This document shows, piece after piece, positions 33,651-41,700 of a stretch of DNA of 49,324 bases (within the stretch, counting starts at the first letter, position 1; the number at the start of each line of letters is the position of its first letter). The stretch spans positions 1-49,324 of the forward strand of contig JAKQHX010000025.1 of assembly GCA_029557815.1 (NCBI GenBank), written 5' to 3'. The notes beneath the pieces are model-generated. The model did not search any database. It saw nothing but the letters and a program-made list of their open reading frames with translations, and was not told the DNA's origin. This stretch comes from a bacterium. GTDB lineage: Bacteria; Patescibacteriota; Saccharimonadia; Saccharimonadales; JAGQNK01. The translations under genes were made by a program, and so were the position numbers.

Positions 33651-33954
33651 CCCTGGATTTCGTGAGCGCGTAGAGGCGCTCGTAGCCCAGATACCAAGAG
33701 GGAGAGTGATGACGTATGGACAGATAGCGGCACTATGCGGTAGTCCGCGGGCGGCAAGGATTGTCGGTGGAATTGCGCATTTTGGTAATCCCGAGTTACC
33801 ATGGCAGAGAGTGGTCAAGAAAAACGGAGCCTTGGCGGAAGGCTACCCTGGTGGGATTCCTGGTCATCAGGCTGCGCTCGAGGCGGACGGAGTTAGTTTT
33901 GACTCCAGTGGTCGAGTCAACATGCGGGAGCGATTATGGCACCTGGACCACTGA
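33637..33954 (+). CDS. Alkyltransferase-like (ATL) protein: MGMT DNA-binding domain with Trp in place of the acceptor Cys
   Basis: VMTYGQIAALCGSPRAARIVGGIAHFGNPELPWQRVV aligns to the MGMT motif ...PCHRV with C replaced by W. The start was chosen at ATG 33637 (MDAADPGF). Confidence 0.8.
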   Translation: MDAADPGFRERVEALVAQIPRGRVMTYGQIAALCGSPRAARIVGGIAHFGNPELPWQRVVKKNGALAEGYPGGIPGHQAALEADGVSFDSSGRVNMRERLWHLDH

Positions 33955-34745
33955 TAGTCATTGTGGGTCCGACGGCTAGCGGTAAGACGGCTCTCGCCAT
34001 AGAGCTAGCACAGAAGTTCGGTGGTGAGATTGTCTGTGCCGATTCTCGAACGGTGTACAGTGGCATGGATATCGGTACCGCAAAGCCTACGGCCGATGAG
34101 CGGGCAGAGGTGCGTCATCACTTGCTGGATGTTGCTAGCCCGGATGAAGCTTTTACGGCGGCGGACTTCAAGGAGCTGGCTAATGAAGCAATAAAAGATA
34201 TCGTGTCGCGTGGCCAGTTGCCCATTATGGTGGGCGGAAGTGGTTTATATATAGATGCCGTACTGTTTGACTATGGTTTTGCACCTCAGGGAGCGGCTCG
34301 CGACCCAAAAAACCCTAGGCATATGAGCAAAAGTGTGCCGCGACCGAGGAAAGACCTTCGCGACAATACGCTCATCATCGGTCTGAGTGTGCCGCGAGAG
34401 GTATTGAGGGAGCGTATAGAGGGACGCGTAGAAGCAATGATCCGGCATGGCTTGCTAGAGGAGGTGAGGCATCTACTGTCGAAATACCCAGACAGCAAAG
34501 CCCTGGATGCGCCCGGCTATAAAGCCTTCCGTGGCTACCTGGCAGGGTTGGTAAGCCTGGACGAGGCAAAGGCATCCTTCGTACGAAACGATCTGCAACT
34601 GGCAAAACGCCAACGAACGTGGTTCAAGAGAAACCCCTACAGTCACTGGTTCGATGATAGTGATGAGGCCCTGGCATTTGTAACAAAGAGCCTGATTGAC
34701 AGTAAGAAAACGGGCAAAAACAGCATCATCATACCCAACCCATAA
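33936..34745 (+). CDS. miaA: tRNA dimethylallyltransferase
   Basis: IVIVGPTASGKTALAIELAQKFGGEIVCADSRTVYSGMDIGTAKPT, LAKRQRTWFKR. Confidence 0.9.
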   Translation: MAPGPLIVIVGPTASGKTALAIELAQKFGGEIVCADSRTVYSGMDIGTAKPTADERAEVRHHLLDVASPDEAFTAADFKELANEAIKDIVSRGQLPIMVGGSGLYIDAVLFDYGFAPQGAARDPKNPRHMSKSVPRPRKDLRDNTLIIGLSVPREVLRERIEGRVEAMIRHGLLEEVRHLLSKYPDSKALDAPGYKAFRGYLAGLVSLDEAKASFVRNDLQLAKRQRTWFKRNPYSHWFDDSDEALAFVTKSLIDSKKTGKNSIIIPNP

Positions 34746-35857
34746 GACAACCCTTGCAGTATGCCGATTTGTTGCGCCAAGCTGCTGAATGCGATTGCCA
34801 GCCAGATTTCGTGGAATAACCCAAAATTACTTATTAGCGAGAGAAGGGTGGCTTTATATCGCTTGTTTCCATAGAATTCGAGGACGTAGTGCTGGTACAT
34901 AATCTTTTGGTACCGCCAGAGGCTCATATTGAGCACAAAAGCCCCGATTGCTAATGGCAGGGATCGAAGTAACCCAAAGCTAACGAACATTGTGGCGTTA
35001 ACCATAACGTCTAAAGTCGCATACTGCTGGAAGCTTAGTCTCTTTAGGTGATGGACGAACAAACCGACTACGGCTCCGACGAGACTTGCGACACTAAAGA
35101 CAATGCCCATATGTTGCGGCTCCAGACCCAATTCGATAAACCCCAAGTTAAAAACATCAGTAATTCCAGTGATGACCGCATAAATAAAGCCGGCACATAC
35201 AAAAAACGGCAACGTACGTCTGGTGATGATCCTGCGGACTGCTGCCCTAAAGTTTTTTTCTTTTGTCAGAGGATCGTGCTGTACGGATGGCTCGGTAAGC
35301 AAGCTAGCCAGCGAAAACAATACCAGATAAGCAATTACGCCAGCTACGAAAGGCAAGCGTTTGTCTATGGGGTAAAGAAGCGGCACCGTGGCTATGAATA
35401 CCGCATTTGCCACTAGGCTGAGAGATTGGGCTCTTGAGGCAATCTTCGCGTAGTCACGCTCCCTTTTGAGTACCACAAGAGAGTCGTGGACGAGTGCTTC
35501 CATTGCGCCGCTCAGAAAGGAGTAGCCTATTGCTATAACAACTGACGCAGAGAGTATGCCAGTGAAATTTTGCCCAACAATATACATAAAAGTTCCTAGA
35601 CATGCGAGCAAAGACCCGATTTGTGCGCTTTTTTTGCGACCATGTACATCAGCCCAATATCCGGTTGCCGACTCAAAGAACAGGCTCACGCCTGACGCCA
35701 GTGATGCTATAAGGCCGATTTGTGCAATGCTTAGACCGGCGGCCTGGCTGGCGTAAATAGTCGTCAATGGCAGAAATACACGCTTGGTAAATACTTTGTA
35801 TACACCAAACAAATGGATGTTCCTCTGCATACCCATTTTTGTTTCCATGCTCGTCAC
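34643..35857 (-). CDS. MFS-type transporter
   Basis: About 12 predicted TM segments and the motif GYWADVHGRKK between TM2 and TM3. It overlaps miaA convergently by about 100 nt, so the ends are uncertain. Confidence 0.8.
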   Translation of the reverse strand: MTSMETKMGMQRNIHLFGVYKVFTKRVFLPLTTIYASQAAGLSIAQIGLIASLASGVSLFFESATGYWADVHGRKKSAQIGSLLACLGTFMYIVGQNFTGILSASVVIAIGYSFLSGAMEALVHDSLVVLKRERDYAKIASRAQSLSLVANAVFIATVPLLYPIDKRLPFVAGVIAYLVLFSLASLLTEPSVQHDPLTKEKNFRAAVRRIITRRTLPFFVCAGFIYAVITGITDVFNLGFIELGLEPQHMGIVFSVASLVGAVVGLFVHHLKRLSFQQYATLDVMVNATMFVSFGLLRSLPLAIGAFVLNMSLWRYQKIMYQHYVLEFYGNKRYKATLLSLISNFGLFHEIWLAIAFSSLAQQIGILQGLSYGLGMMMLFLPVFLLSIRLFVTNARASSLSSNQ

Positions 35858-35984
35858 TATATGAGTATACAGGTGTAGAGCGTTTACTCAAACAGCTCCG
35901 TCCCGCCGTATATAGTAGAGTTTATCACAACATTAGTGAACAAAAATCAGATGTAATGCGTATTTCGTCTGGTACAATAAGGCT

Positions 35985-36608
35985 ATGATTGATCAATTGT
36001 TTGGGTCCAAGACGAGGGTAAAGTTACTGCAGCTTTTCTATAGCAACCCCAATCGTTCATTTTACGTACGAGAGATTACGCGTAAGATTGATGAGCAGAT
36101 AAACTCTGTTCGCCGCGAGCTTTCGAACCTGCTGAGCATTGGTATTATTTCCTCGGATACAAATAATAACCGCTTATACTATGAAGTGAACCAGGCATTT
36201 GAATACTACGATCCGTTAAGGGCGATATTTGGGGGAAGCGGTGATAAATCAGAAGCGGTCACCATTCCAACTAGTGATGCCCAGGCTCAAGACCTCAAGT
36301 CGCTCGGTAACGTCGAATTAGTGATTTACTCTGGTCAGTTCACCCGAGACGAGTCAAGCGGCATAGACATACTCATCGTTGGCGACATTAACCAGACACA
36401 GTTGGCAAAGTACATTGAGGAACTTGAGGCCAAGGAATCAAAAGATTTACGCTATACTGTTATGACACCCAAGGAGTTCAAGTATCGGCAACAGGTAAAC
36501 GACAGGTTTTTGACATTACTCCTATCGTCCAAGAAGCAAGTACTTGTCGATAAGCATGCTATTCTAAGCCCGGCCAAATCCAAAAAAACCAAACCAGAGG
36601 AGGAGTGA
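35985..36608 (+). CDS. Winged-helix (ArsR-like) DNA-binding protein with uncharacterised C-terminal domain
   Basis: LFGSKTRVKLLQLFYSNPNRSFYVREITRKIDEQINSVRRELSNLLSIGII is a wHTH signature. The C-terminal part was not recognised. Confidence 0.6.
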   Translation: MIDQLFGSKTRVKLLQLFYSNPNRSFYVREITRKIDEQINSVRRELSNLLSIGIISSDTNNNRLYYEVNQAFEYYDPLRAIFGGSGDKSEAVTIPTSDAQAQDLKSLGNVELVIYSGQFTRDESSGIDILIVGDINQTQLAKYIEELEAKESKDLRYTVMTPKEFKYRQQVNDRFLTLLLSSKKQVLVDKHAILSPAKSKKTKPEEE

Positions 36609-36609
36609 C

Positions 36610-37239
36610 ATGGAGATTCAGTATTTCGGTGCTAACTGTGTTCGTCTGAACACGAAGAAAGCGTCCGTTATCGTTGACGATAACTTAGCAGATCTTGGCG
36701 CCAAATCAGTTACGAAAAATGGTGAAATTGCACTTTTCACAGGTGCGCATGGTGATTCATCGCCAAAAACCGAGGAAAAAATAGTTATTGATAAGCCTGG
36801 TGAATACGAGGTGTCTGACGCCTCTATACAGGGTATAGCTGCTCGTTCACATATGGACGAAGAGGGTCAAAACAGCGCAACGATTTTCAAGGTAATTGAT
36901 GATGATATCAAAGTTGCTATTGTCGGGCATATCTATCCTGAGCTGAGCGATGATCAGCTTGAGGCTATTGGAATGGTCGATGTACTGATCATCCCAGTGG
37001 GTGGCAACGGCTACACGCTTGACGGGGTTGGTGCATTGAAGATTATCCGTAAAATAGAGCCAAAAATTGTCATTCCGACCCACTATGATGAAAAAGGCTT
37101 GGACTTTCCTGTGCCTCAGCAGCCTCTCTCAGAAGCCCTTAAGGCGCTTGCTATGGAGCCGAAGGAGACACTTCCGAAACTGAAGGTAAGACCGGTGGAG
37201 CTGACAGATACGACCCAGCTTATTGTTTTGGAAAAGTAA
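36610..37239 (+). CDS. Metallo-beta-lactamase-fold hydrolase (UPF0173-like)
   Basis: MEIQYFGANCVRL..., a 209-aa beta-lactamase_3-like pattern (PVGGNGYTLD, VIPTHYD). It lies 2 nt after the previous gene. Confidence 0.65.
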   Translation: MEIQYFGANCVRLNTKKASVIVDDNLADLGAKSVTKNGEIALFTGAHGDSSPKTEEKIVIDKPGEYEVSDASIQGIAARSHMDEEGQNSATIFKVIDDDIKVAIVGHIYPELSDDQLEAIGMVDVLIIPVGGNGYTLDGVGALKIIRKIEPKIVIPTHYDEKGLDFPVPQQPLSEALKALAMEPKETLPKLKVRPVELTDTTQLIVLEK

Positions 37240-37258
37240 ACTGTTGAATTAGGCTATC

Positions 37259-37285
37259 AAAAAGCTCCCTTCAGGGGAGCTTTTT
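37259..37285. terminator. Bidirectional intrinsic terminator between the convergent 36610 gene and rpmB
   Basis: aaaaagctccc-ttcag-gggagcttttt is a perfect stem flanked by A- and T-runs. Confidence 0.8.
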
Positions 37286-37310
37286 ATAATTGTGGCTGGG
37301 ACGCTACGGT

Positions 37311-37517
37311 TTATTCGGCAGGTGCTTGAGCCAGGAGGCCTTTTTTCTTCAACGTACGAATAGCCTGAGTGCTGAGCTTCATCTTGACCTTTTTGCCATC
37401 AACGACAACGGTTTTCGTCTGAAGGTTCGGTTTCCAGACTTTTTTGGTGTGGCGCTGCGAAAAGCTGACATTGTTGCCAAACTGCTTGCCTTTGCCGGTA
37501 AGTTCACATTTCTGCAT
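37311..37517 (-). CDS. rpmB: 50S ribosomal protein L28
   Basis: MQKCELTGKGKQFGNNVSFSQRHTKKVWKPNLQTK is the canonical L28 N-terminus. Confidence 0.92.
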   Translation of the reverse strand: MQKCELTGKGKQFGNNVSFSQRHTKKVWKPNLQTKTVVVDGKKVKMKLSTQAIRTLKKKGLLAQAPAE

Positions 37518-37595
37518 AGCTTTATCCTTTAAATTCTCATCGATTCAAGGTGTGATTATATCTGTTTTGTCTCTTTCGGTCAACCCGCTATACTT

Positions 37596-38237
37596 ATGGT
37601 AGATATGTTAAGCGAATTCATCAGTAGCCCAGCGGGCATCGTGACGGTCATCGTGACTATCCTCATCTCTATTACGTTGCACGAGGCAATGCATGCTTTT
37701 GCTGCGCATTGGCTAGGTGATGATACGGCACAGATGCAGGGAAGGCTGACGCTCAATCCTCTGAAACATATTGACCCTTTCCTAACGCTCGGCATGCCAA
37801 TATTACTTGCCCTTGTTGGTGCACCTGTGTTGGGAGCGGCAAAACCTGTTCCTTTCAACCCATATAGGGTGAAATACGAGGAGTTTGGGGCGGCTCTTGT
37901 AGGACTTGCAGGACCCCTGACAAACCTGGTGCTTGCTGTGGCGGGTGCATTTCTGTTTCGAGCAATCGGTGCGCTCATACCTGAAACAGCGGTACTGGCG
38001 ATACTGACTTTTATCCTTGTGAATCTCGGTTTCTTTGTCTTTAATATGATTCCGTTCCCACCACTCGACGGATCGCGCGTACTCTATGCGGTTGCCCCGG
38101 AGCCGTTACAGAAAGTTATGGCCCAGATCGAAACATATGGACTATTTGGATTCATAATCTTTTTCTTTCTGTTGTTTCAGTATATTTCACCGATGGTCGC
38201 CGACGTTATCGATACACTTTTTCGGTTTTTGGTTTGA
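37596..38237 (+). CDS. Site-2 protease family (peptidase M50) membrane metalloprotease
   Basis: HEAMHAFAAH (HExxH) in TM1, several TMs, and PFPPLDGSRV (NPDG-like motif). Confidence 0.8.
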   Translation: MVDMLSEFISSPAGIVTVIVTILISITLHEAMHAFAAHWLGDDTAQMQGRLTLNPLKHIDPFLTLGMPILLALVGAPVLGAAKPVPFNPYRVKYEEFGAALVGLAGPLTNLVLAVAGAFLFRAIGALIPETAVLAILTFILVNLGFFVFNMIPFPPLDGSRVLYAVAPEPLQKVMAQIETYGLFGFIIFFFLLFQYISPMVADVIDTLFRFLV

Positions 38238-38559
38238 GGCGAAAGCGCTATAATATAGGCAGGCTGAGTTGTCGGCTAAATGATAATCTGAATACTTATC
38301 ATTCGGGATTCCAATATTCGCGTGCGGCTGTGGCTTCACCGTGCGGAGACCCACCTGGACTATTATTCCAGGTTGTCATGTCGACCTCAGCATAAGTAGT
38401 GGGCTCAGGGTGACCTGGGCTCTTTACTTGGTATAATCATTAATGCCAATACCAAATCGCGAAAGGATTGCTGCAGAAGGGAAAAGAGCAGCCAGACAAA
38501 ATGTATTCCATTTTGCCTGCACGATGAGAAAAACCGCAAGGTTTGTCTCGTGGAGGTTA

Positions 38560-38636
38560 CGGGGTGTGGCGCAGTTGGCTAGCGCGTACGGCTGGGGGCC
38601 GTGAGGTCGCAGGTTCAAGTCCTGTCACCCCGACCA
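38560..38636 (+). tRNA. tRNA-Pro (anticodon GGG)
   Basis: Acceptor CGGGGTG/CACCCCG, anticodon stem TACGG/CCGTG with loop CTGGGGG, T-arm GCAGG TTCAAGT CCTGT, and CCA. Confidence 0.92.
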
Positions 38637-38650
38637 AAGTAAGTAAGTTT

Positions 38651-39499
38651 ATGAATACACCTGAAGCGATTGCAATAATACCTGCGTATAACGAAGAACG
38701 TACAATCAGCAGTGTGCTACATGCCGCTATGCAGGCAAGCTCAGTAGATGGTGTGGTCGTTGTTGATGATGGATCATCGGACGCTACATATGAAGTGGCG
38801 CACGGTATCGCTAATCAGTTCGCGGAGCAGGATAATGCAAAACCACTTGAGGTTGTGTCGCACCCCGAGAACCGTGGAAAAACTGACGCTTTACGCACAG
38901 GCGTAAGGCATGCTCGGGAGCTAGGAGACACTGCGCTAAGTACACTAGTATTCCTGGATGCCGATTCCTCTCCCATATGGACCCGTGATACCCTGGCAAA
39001 TATGAAGCTCTGGCAAAGAGGCTTGCATAAGCTGCTTGGGCAAGAAGATGATCTAATTGATGAGAGTACGCTAGAAGGCAGACAGGCCGTATTTGCGACT
39101 CTTTTGGCACGATATATAGATGAAATTGTGCAGCCGGTCAGGGACGGAAAAGAGACGATGCGTACCGGCATGTACCAGCGCAACGTTGTTACAGATACGG
39201 TACTTATGATTCTTGATAGACATAAAAAAGGCGGCCATGCCGGCAATCGAGCGATTCCGTTGTCGGTCTGGGAGAGTCTCGAGGAGGAATGTGCCAGGAG
39301 AGGCATATCTATAACGGGCTGGGATATTGAAGCAGCCTTGAATGAGTACCTAGATGGTCAACCAACAAGTACTTTTATGATGTACGGGGTAGTAAACGTA
39401 GGCAGCAGAGTGAAGGCGGGTGGTTTCTGGCGAGGCGTGGCTCGGATGGCAAAGATTCACGGTCAGATGCCGTTCACCAAAAGAAAGCTTGCTAAATAA
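38651..39499 (+). CDS. Family 2 glycosyltransferase (soluble GT-A type)
   Basis: MNTPEAIAIIPAYNEERTISSVL...VVVVDDGSSDAT...LDADS. The ORF-track start at 38543 reads through tRNA-Pro and is rejected. Confidence 0.8.
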   Translation: MNTPEAIAIIPAYNEERTISSVLHAAMQASSVDGVVVVDDGSSDATYEVAHGIANQFAEQDNAKPLEVVSHPENRGKTDALRTGVRHARELGDTALSTLVFLDADSSPIWTRDTLANMKLWQRGLHKLLGQEDDLIDESTLEGRQAVFATLLARYIDEIVQPVRDGKETMRTGMYQRNVVTDTVLMILDRHKKGGHAGNRAIPLSVWESLEEECARRGISITGWDIEAALNEYLDGQPTSTFMMYGVVNVGSRVKAGGFWRGVARMAKIHGQMPFTKRKLAK

Positions 39500-40526
39500 T
39501 CAGCATAGAATCGCCATACGATAGGAATGCATATTTTTCTTTGATAGCTTCTCGATAGGCGTTTTTTAGGTGTGGCCAGCCGGCAAAGGCGGCGGCGAGC
39601 ATAAGGACGGTAGACTTTGGGGCGTGGAAGTTGGTAAGGAGCGTGTCTACGACCTGAAACTCGTAGCCAGGGTGAATAAAGATATTTGCTTCTCCGGAAA
39701 TACGCTGGGATTTTTCGTCTAAAATTTGCTCAGCCGCAAATTCCAAAGTGCGCGTTACTGTTGTGCCAATTGCTACGATTTTACCACTGTTCTGCTTTGC
39801 GTTTTGTATAGTTTTGACAGTTTCTGGCGGAATCTCGAAATACTCACTGTGCATGACGTGCTCTTTGATATCATCGGAGCGAATAGGCAGAAACGTACCG
39901 AGGCCAACATGTAGGGTGAGGTAGGCGATATGAACACCTTTTTGAATAAGTCTTTGTTCGAGCTCATGAGTAAAGTTGAGTGAAGCCGTTGGTGCGGCAA
40001 CCGACCCTGGCTCTTTGGCAAAAACCGTTTGGTAACGTTCGATATCTTCAGAGGTTGCTTCACGGTGCATGTATGGCGGCAAAGGAACAGAGCCTTCCTC
40101 GTTAGCGAGGTCGAGCAGATTTACGTGGGTGCTAATCTCAGCTATTCCGTCCCCTAGGATAGACTCTACTTTTACGAATGTATTTTTGATAGACAGCGTT
40201 TCGCCCGCCCGAAGCTTCCCTCTGTAAAGTGCCTTGCGTCGACTAAAATCGGAATTGTGATGGTCCTCCAGAAGCAGTAGTTCTCGTGTCTGTCCAGCAG
40301 CATTCGTGGTAATGAGTCGTGCTTTGATGACTTTCGTATCGTTAAGAACGACGACATCGCCCGCCTGTAAAAAATCGGTCATATCTTTATAGTTTTTGTG
40401 CGTGATTTCCCCGGTGGCTTTATCCAGGACCAGAAGTCTGCTGGCTCCCCGTTGTGTATGAGGGTGAAGGGCAATCCGCTCCTCTGGTAGGTGGTAGGTA
40501 TACTCCGAAACACGCATAGATGCCAT
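39492..40526 (-). CDS. queA: S-adenosylmethionine:tRNA ribosyltransferase-isomerase
   Basis: VSEYTYHLPEERIALHP, GTFLPI, HSEYFEIP, GTTVTRTLE, SYGDSMLI. Confidence 0.93.
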   Translation of the reverse strand: MASMRVSEYTYHLPEERIALHPHTQRGASRLLVLDKATGEITHKNYKDMTDFLQAGDVVVLNDTKVIKARLITTNAAGQTRELLLLEDHHNSDFSRRKALYRGKLRAGETLSIKNTFVKVESILGDGIAEISTHVNLLDLANEEGSVPLPPYMHREATSEDIERYQTVFAKEPGSVAAPTASLNFTHELEQRLIQKGVHIAYLTLHVGLGTFLPIRSDDIKEHVMHSEYFEIPPETVKTIQNAKQNSGKIVAIGTTVTRTLEFAAEQILDEKSQRISGEANIFIHPGYEFQVVDTLLTNFHAPKSTVLMLAAAFAGWPHLKNAYREAIKEKYAFLSYGDSMLII

Positions 40527-40549
40527 TGTACCAGCTTTTATCTGTTAGA

Positions 40550-41248
40550 ATGAGTGAGAATATGTGGCAAGAAAAAGACAACCAACTGTACAGAGAGTTT
40601 ACGTTCACGGACTTCAAACAAGCTTTTGCGTTCATGGAGGCAGTGGCCCAAGAGGCGGAACGCCGTCAGCATCACCCGAAGTGGGAAAATGTGTGGAATA
40701 TCGTACGTATTTGGCTGACAACACACGATGCCGGCAATAAGGTAACAGAGAAAGACACATCTTTCGCAAAAGCGATTGATAGAATCTACAAAGCCACCCA
40801 AAAGGCGCCGGAGAAGATAGCTGTGCCAGTAGGAGCATACAAACATGTCAAGCTATTCTCTGATGGTGGCTCAAGAGGGAATCCTGGTCCTTCAGCCTCT
40901 GGATATGTGTTGCTCGACGAGAGTGACACAGTCATTCTTAAGAGCGGGGTTTATCTGGGGATTACGACCAATAATCAGGCCGAGTACCAGTCGCTCAAAT
41001 TTGGACTCGAAGAGGCACGGAAGCTCGGAGCTCAAGAGGTGGAAGTGTACATGGACAGCCTGCTCGTCATTAATCAGATGAAGGGTATTTTCAAGGTCAA
41101 AAACCGGGACCTATGGCCGATACACGAGACCATAAAGGAGCTCGCGAAGAGTTTCAAGAACATCACGTTTTCTCATGTCCCTAGGGAGCTTAACAAGCTT
41201 GCCGACGCTGAAGTAAACGAAACGCTCGACGCCGAAGCCGGCCGATGA
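40550..41248 (+). CDS. Fusion protein: pterin-4a-carbinolamine dehydratase (PCD/DCoH)-like N-domain plus RNase H (type 1) C-domain
   Basis: N-domain: FTDFKQAFAFMEAVAQEAERRQHHPKWENVWNIVRIWLTTHDAG (HHP signature). C-domain: LFSDGGSRGNPGPSASGYVL, TNNQAEYQSL, VYMDSLLVINQM, NKLADAEVN (DEDD pattern). The start is ATG 40550 or 40562; ATG 40520 would overlap the divergent queA start. Confidence 0.8.
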   Translation: MSENMWQEKDNQLYREFTFTDFKQAFAFMEAVAQEAERRQHHPKWENVWNIVRIWLTTHDAGNKVTEKDTSFAKAIDRIYKATQKAPEKIAVPVGAYKHVKLFSDGGSRGNPGPSASGYVLLDESDTVILKSGVYLGITTNNQAEYQSLKFGLEEARKLGAQEVEVYMDSLLVINQMKGIFKVKNRDLWPIHETIKELAKSFKNITFSHVPRELNKLADAEVNETLDAEAGR

Positions 41249-41269
41249 GCTTTTTGTTATAATAGAAAA

Positions 41270-41626
41270 GCTAGATTGCTGGCTAGTCGCTCTGCATTTT
41301 GCAGGGAGGAAAGTCCGGGCAGCATAGGGAAAGACAGTCGCTAACGGCGACCGGGGGCAACCCTAGGGAAAGTGCCACAGAAACGAAACTACCTCGGGCG
41401 ACCGAGGCAAAGGTGAAACGAGTGGGGTAAGAGCCCACAATTCCTGTCGGTGACGCCAGGAAGAGGTAAACCCTGTCTGCTGCAAGGAGACGTATCTTCA
41501 TAAGGTTCCCGCCGAAGGTACTGTCACAAGATCCGCTTGATTCCAGGAGCAATCCTGGAGGTAGATAGATGACTAGCGCCCCGGCTTGCCGGGGTACAGA
41601 ACCCGGCTTATAGGCAATCTGGCAAA
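41270..41626 (+). ncRNA. rnpB: RNase P RNA, bacterial type A
   Basis: GAGGAAAGUCCGGGC (P4 5' strand), AGGGAAAGUGCCACAGAAA, GGGGUAAGAGCCCAC and ACAGAACCCGGCUUAU (P4 3' strand). P1 pairing is agattgc (5')/gcaatct (3'). An extended -10 TGtTATAAT lies at 41255-41263. A weak terminator hairpin plus T6 lies at 41635-41662. Confidence 0.9.
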
Positions 41627-41700
41627 GATATGAGAAGCCGCCCCTCATCGGAGCGGTTTTTTCTTGCAAGCAATGCTATAAGTAAGGCACACTTGAATTG

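Noticed and set aside
34643-34745. ~100-nt convergent overlap between the miaA and MFS transporter ORFs
   Set aside because: This is most likely an imprecise 3' end or a genuinely overlapping pair of tails in a compact genome. No frameshift signal or repeat was seen, and neither C-terminal tail carries conserved motifs that would decide the matter.
38238-38559. 320-nt gene-free region upstream of tRNA-Pro with two TATAAT boxes (38249-54, 38431-36), a GUGA-capped 9-bp hairpin (~38393-38414) and an AGCAGCC motif reminiscent of SRP RNA
   Set aside because: I could not reconstruct SRP RNA helix 8 (no GGAA/GNRA loop flanked by the symmetric-loop motifs), 6S RNA or tmRNA features. The hairpin lacks a convincing U-run. 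It may hold a small RNA or only the tRNA-Pro/GT2 promoter, and the evidence is too weak to call.
38543-38650. N-terminal extension of the 38543-39499 ORF, and ORFs 24105-24434 / 24146-24418
   Set aside because: These segments read straight through tRNA-Pro (38560-38636) and tRNA-Asp (24295-24371). The glycosyltransferase has a proper start at ATG 38651. The 24.1-24.4 kb ORFs are artefacts of tRNA and spacer sequence.
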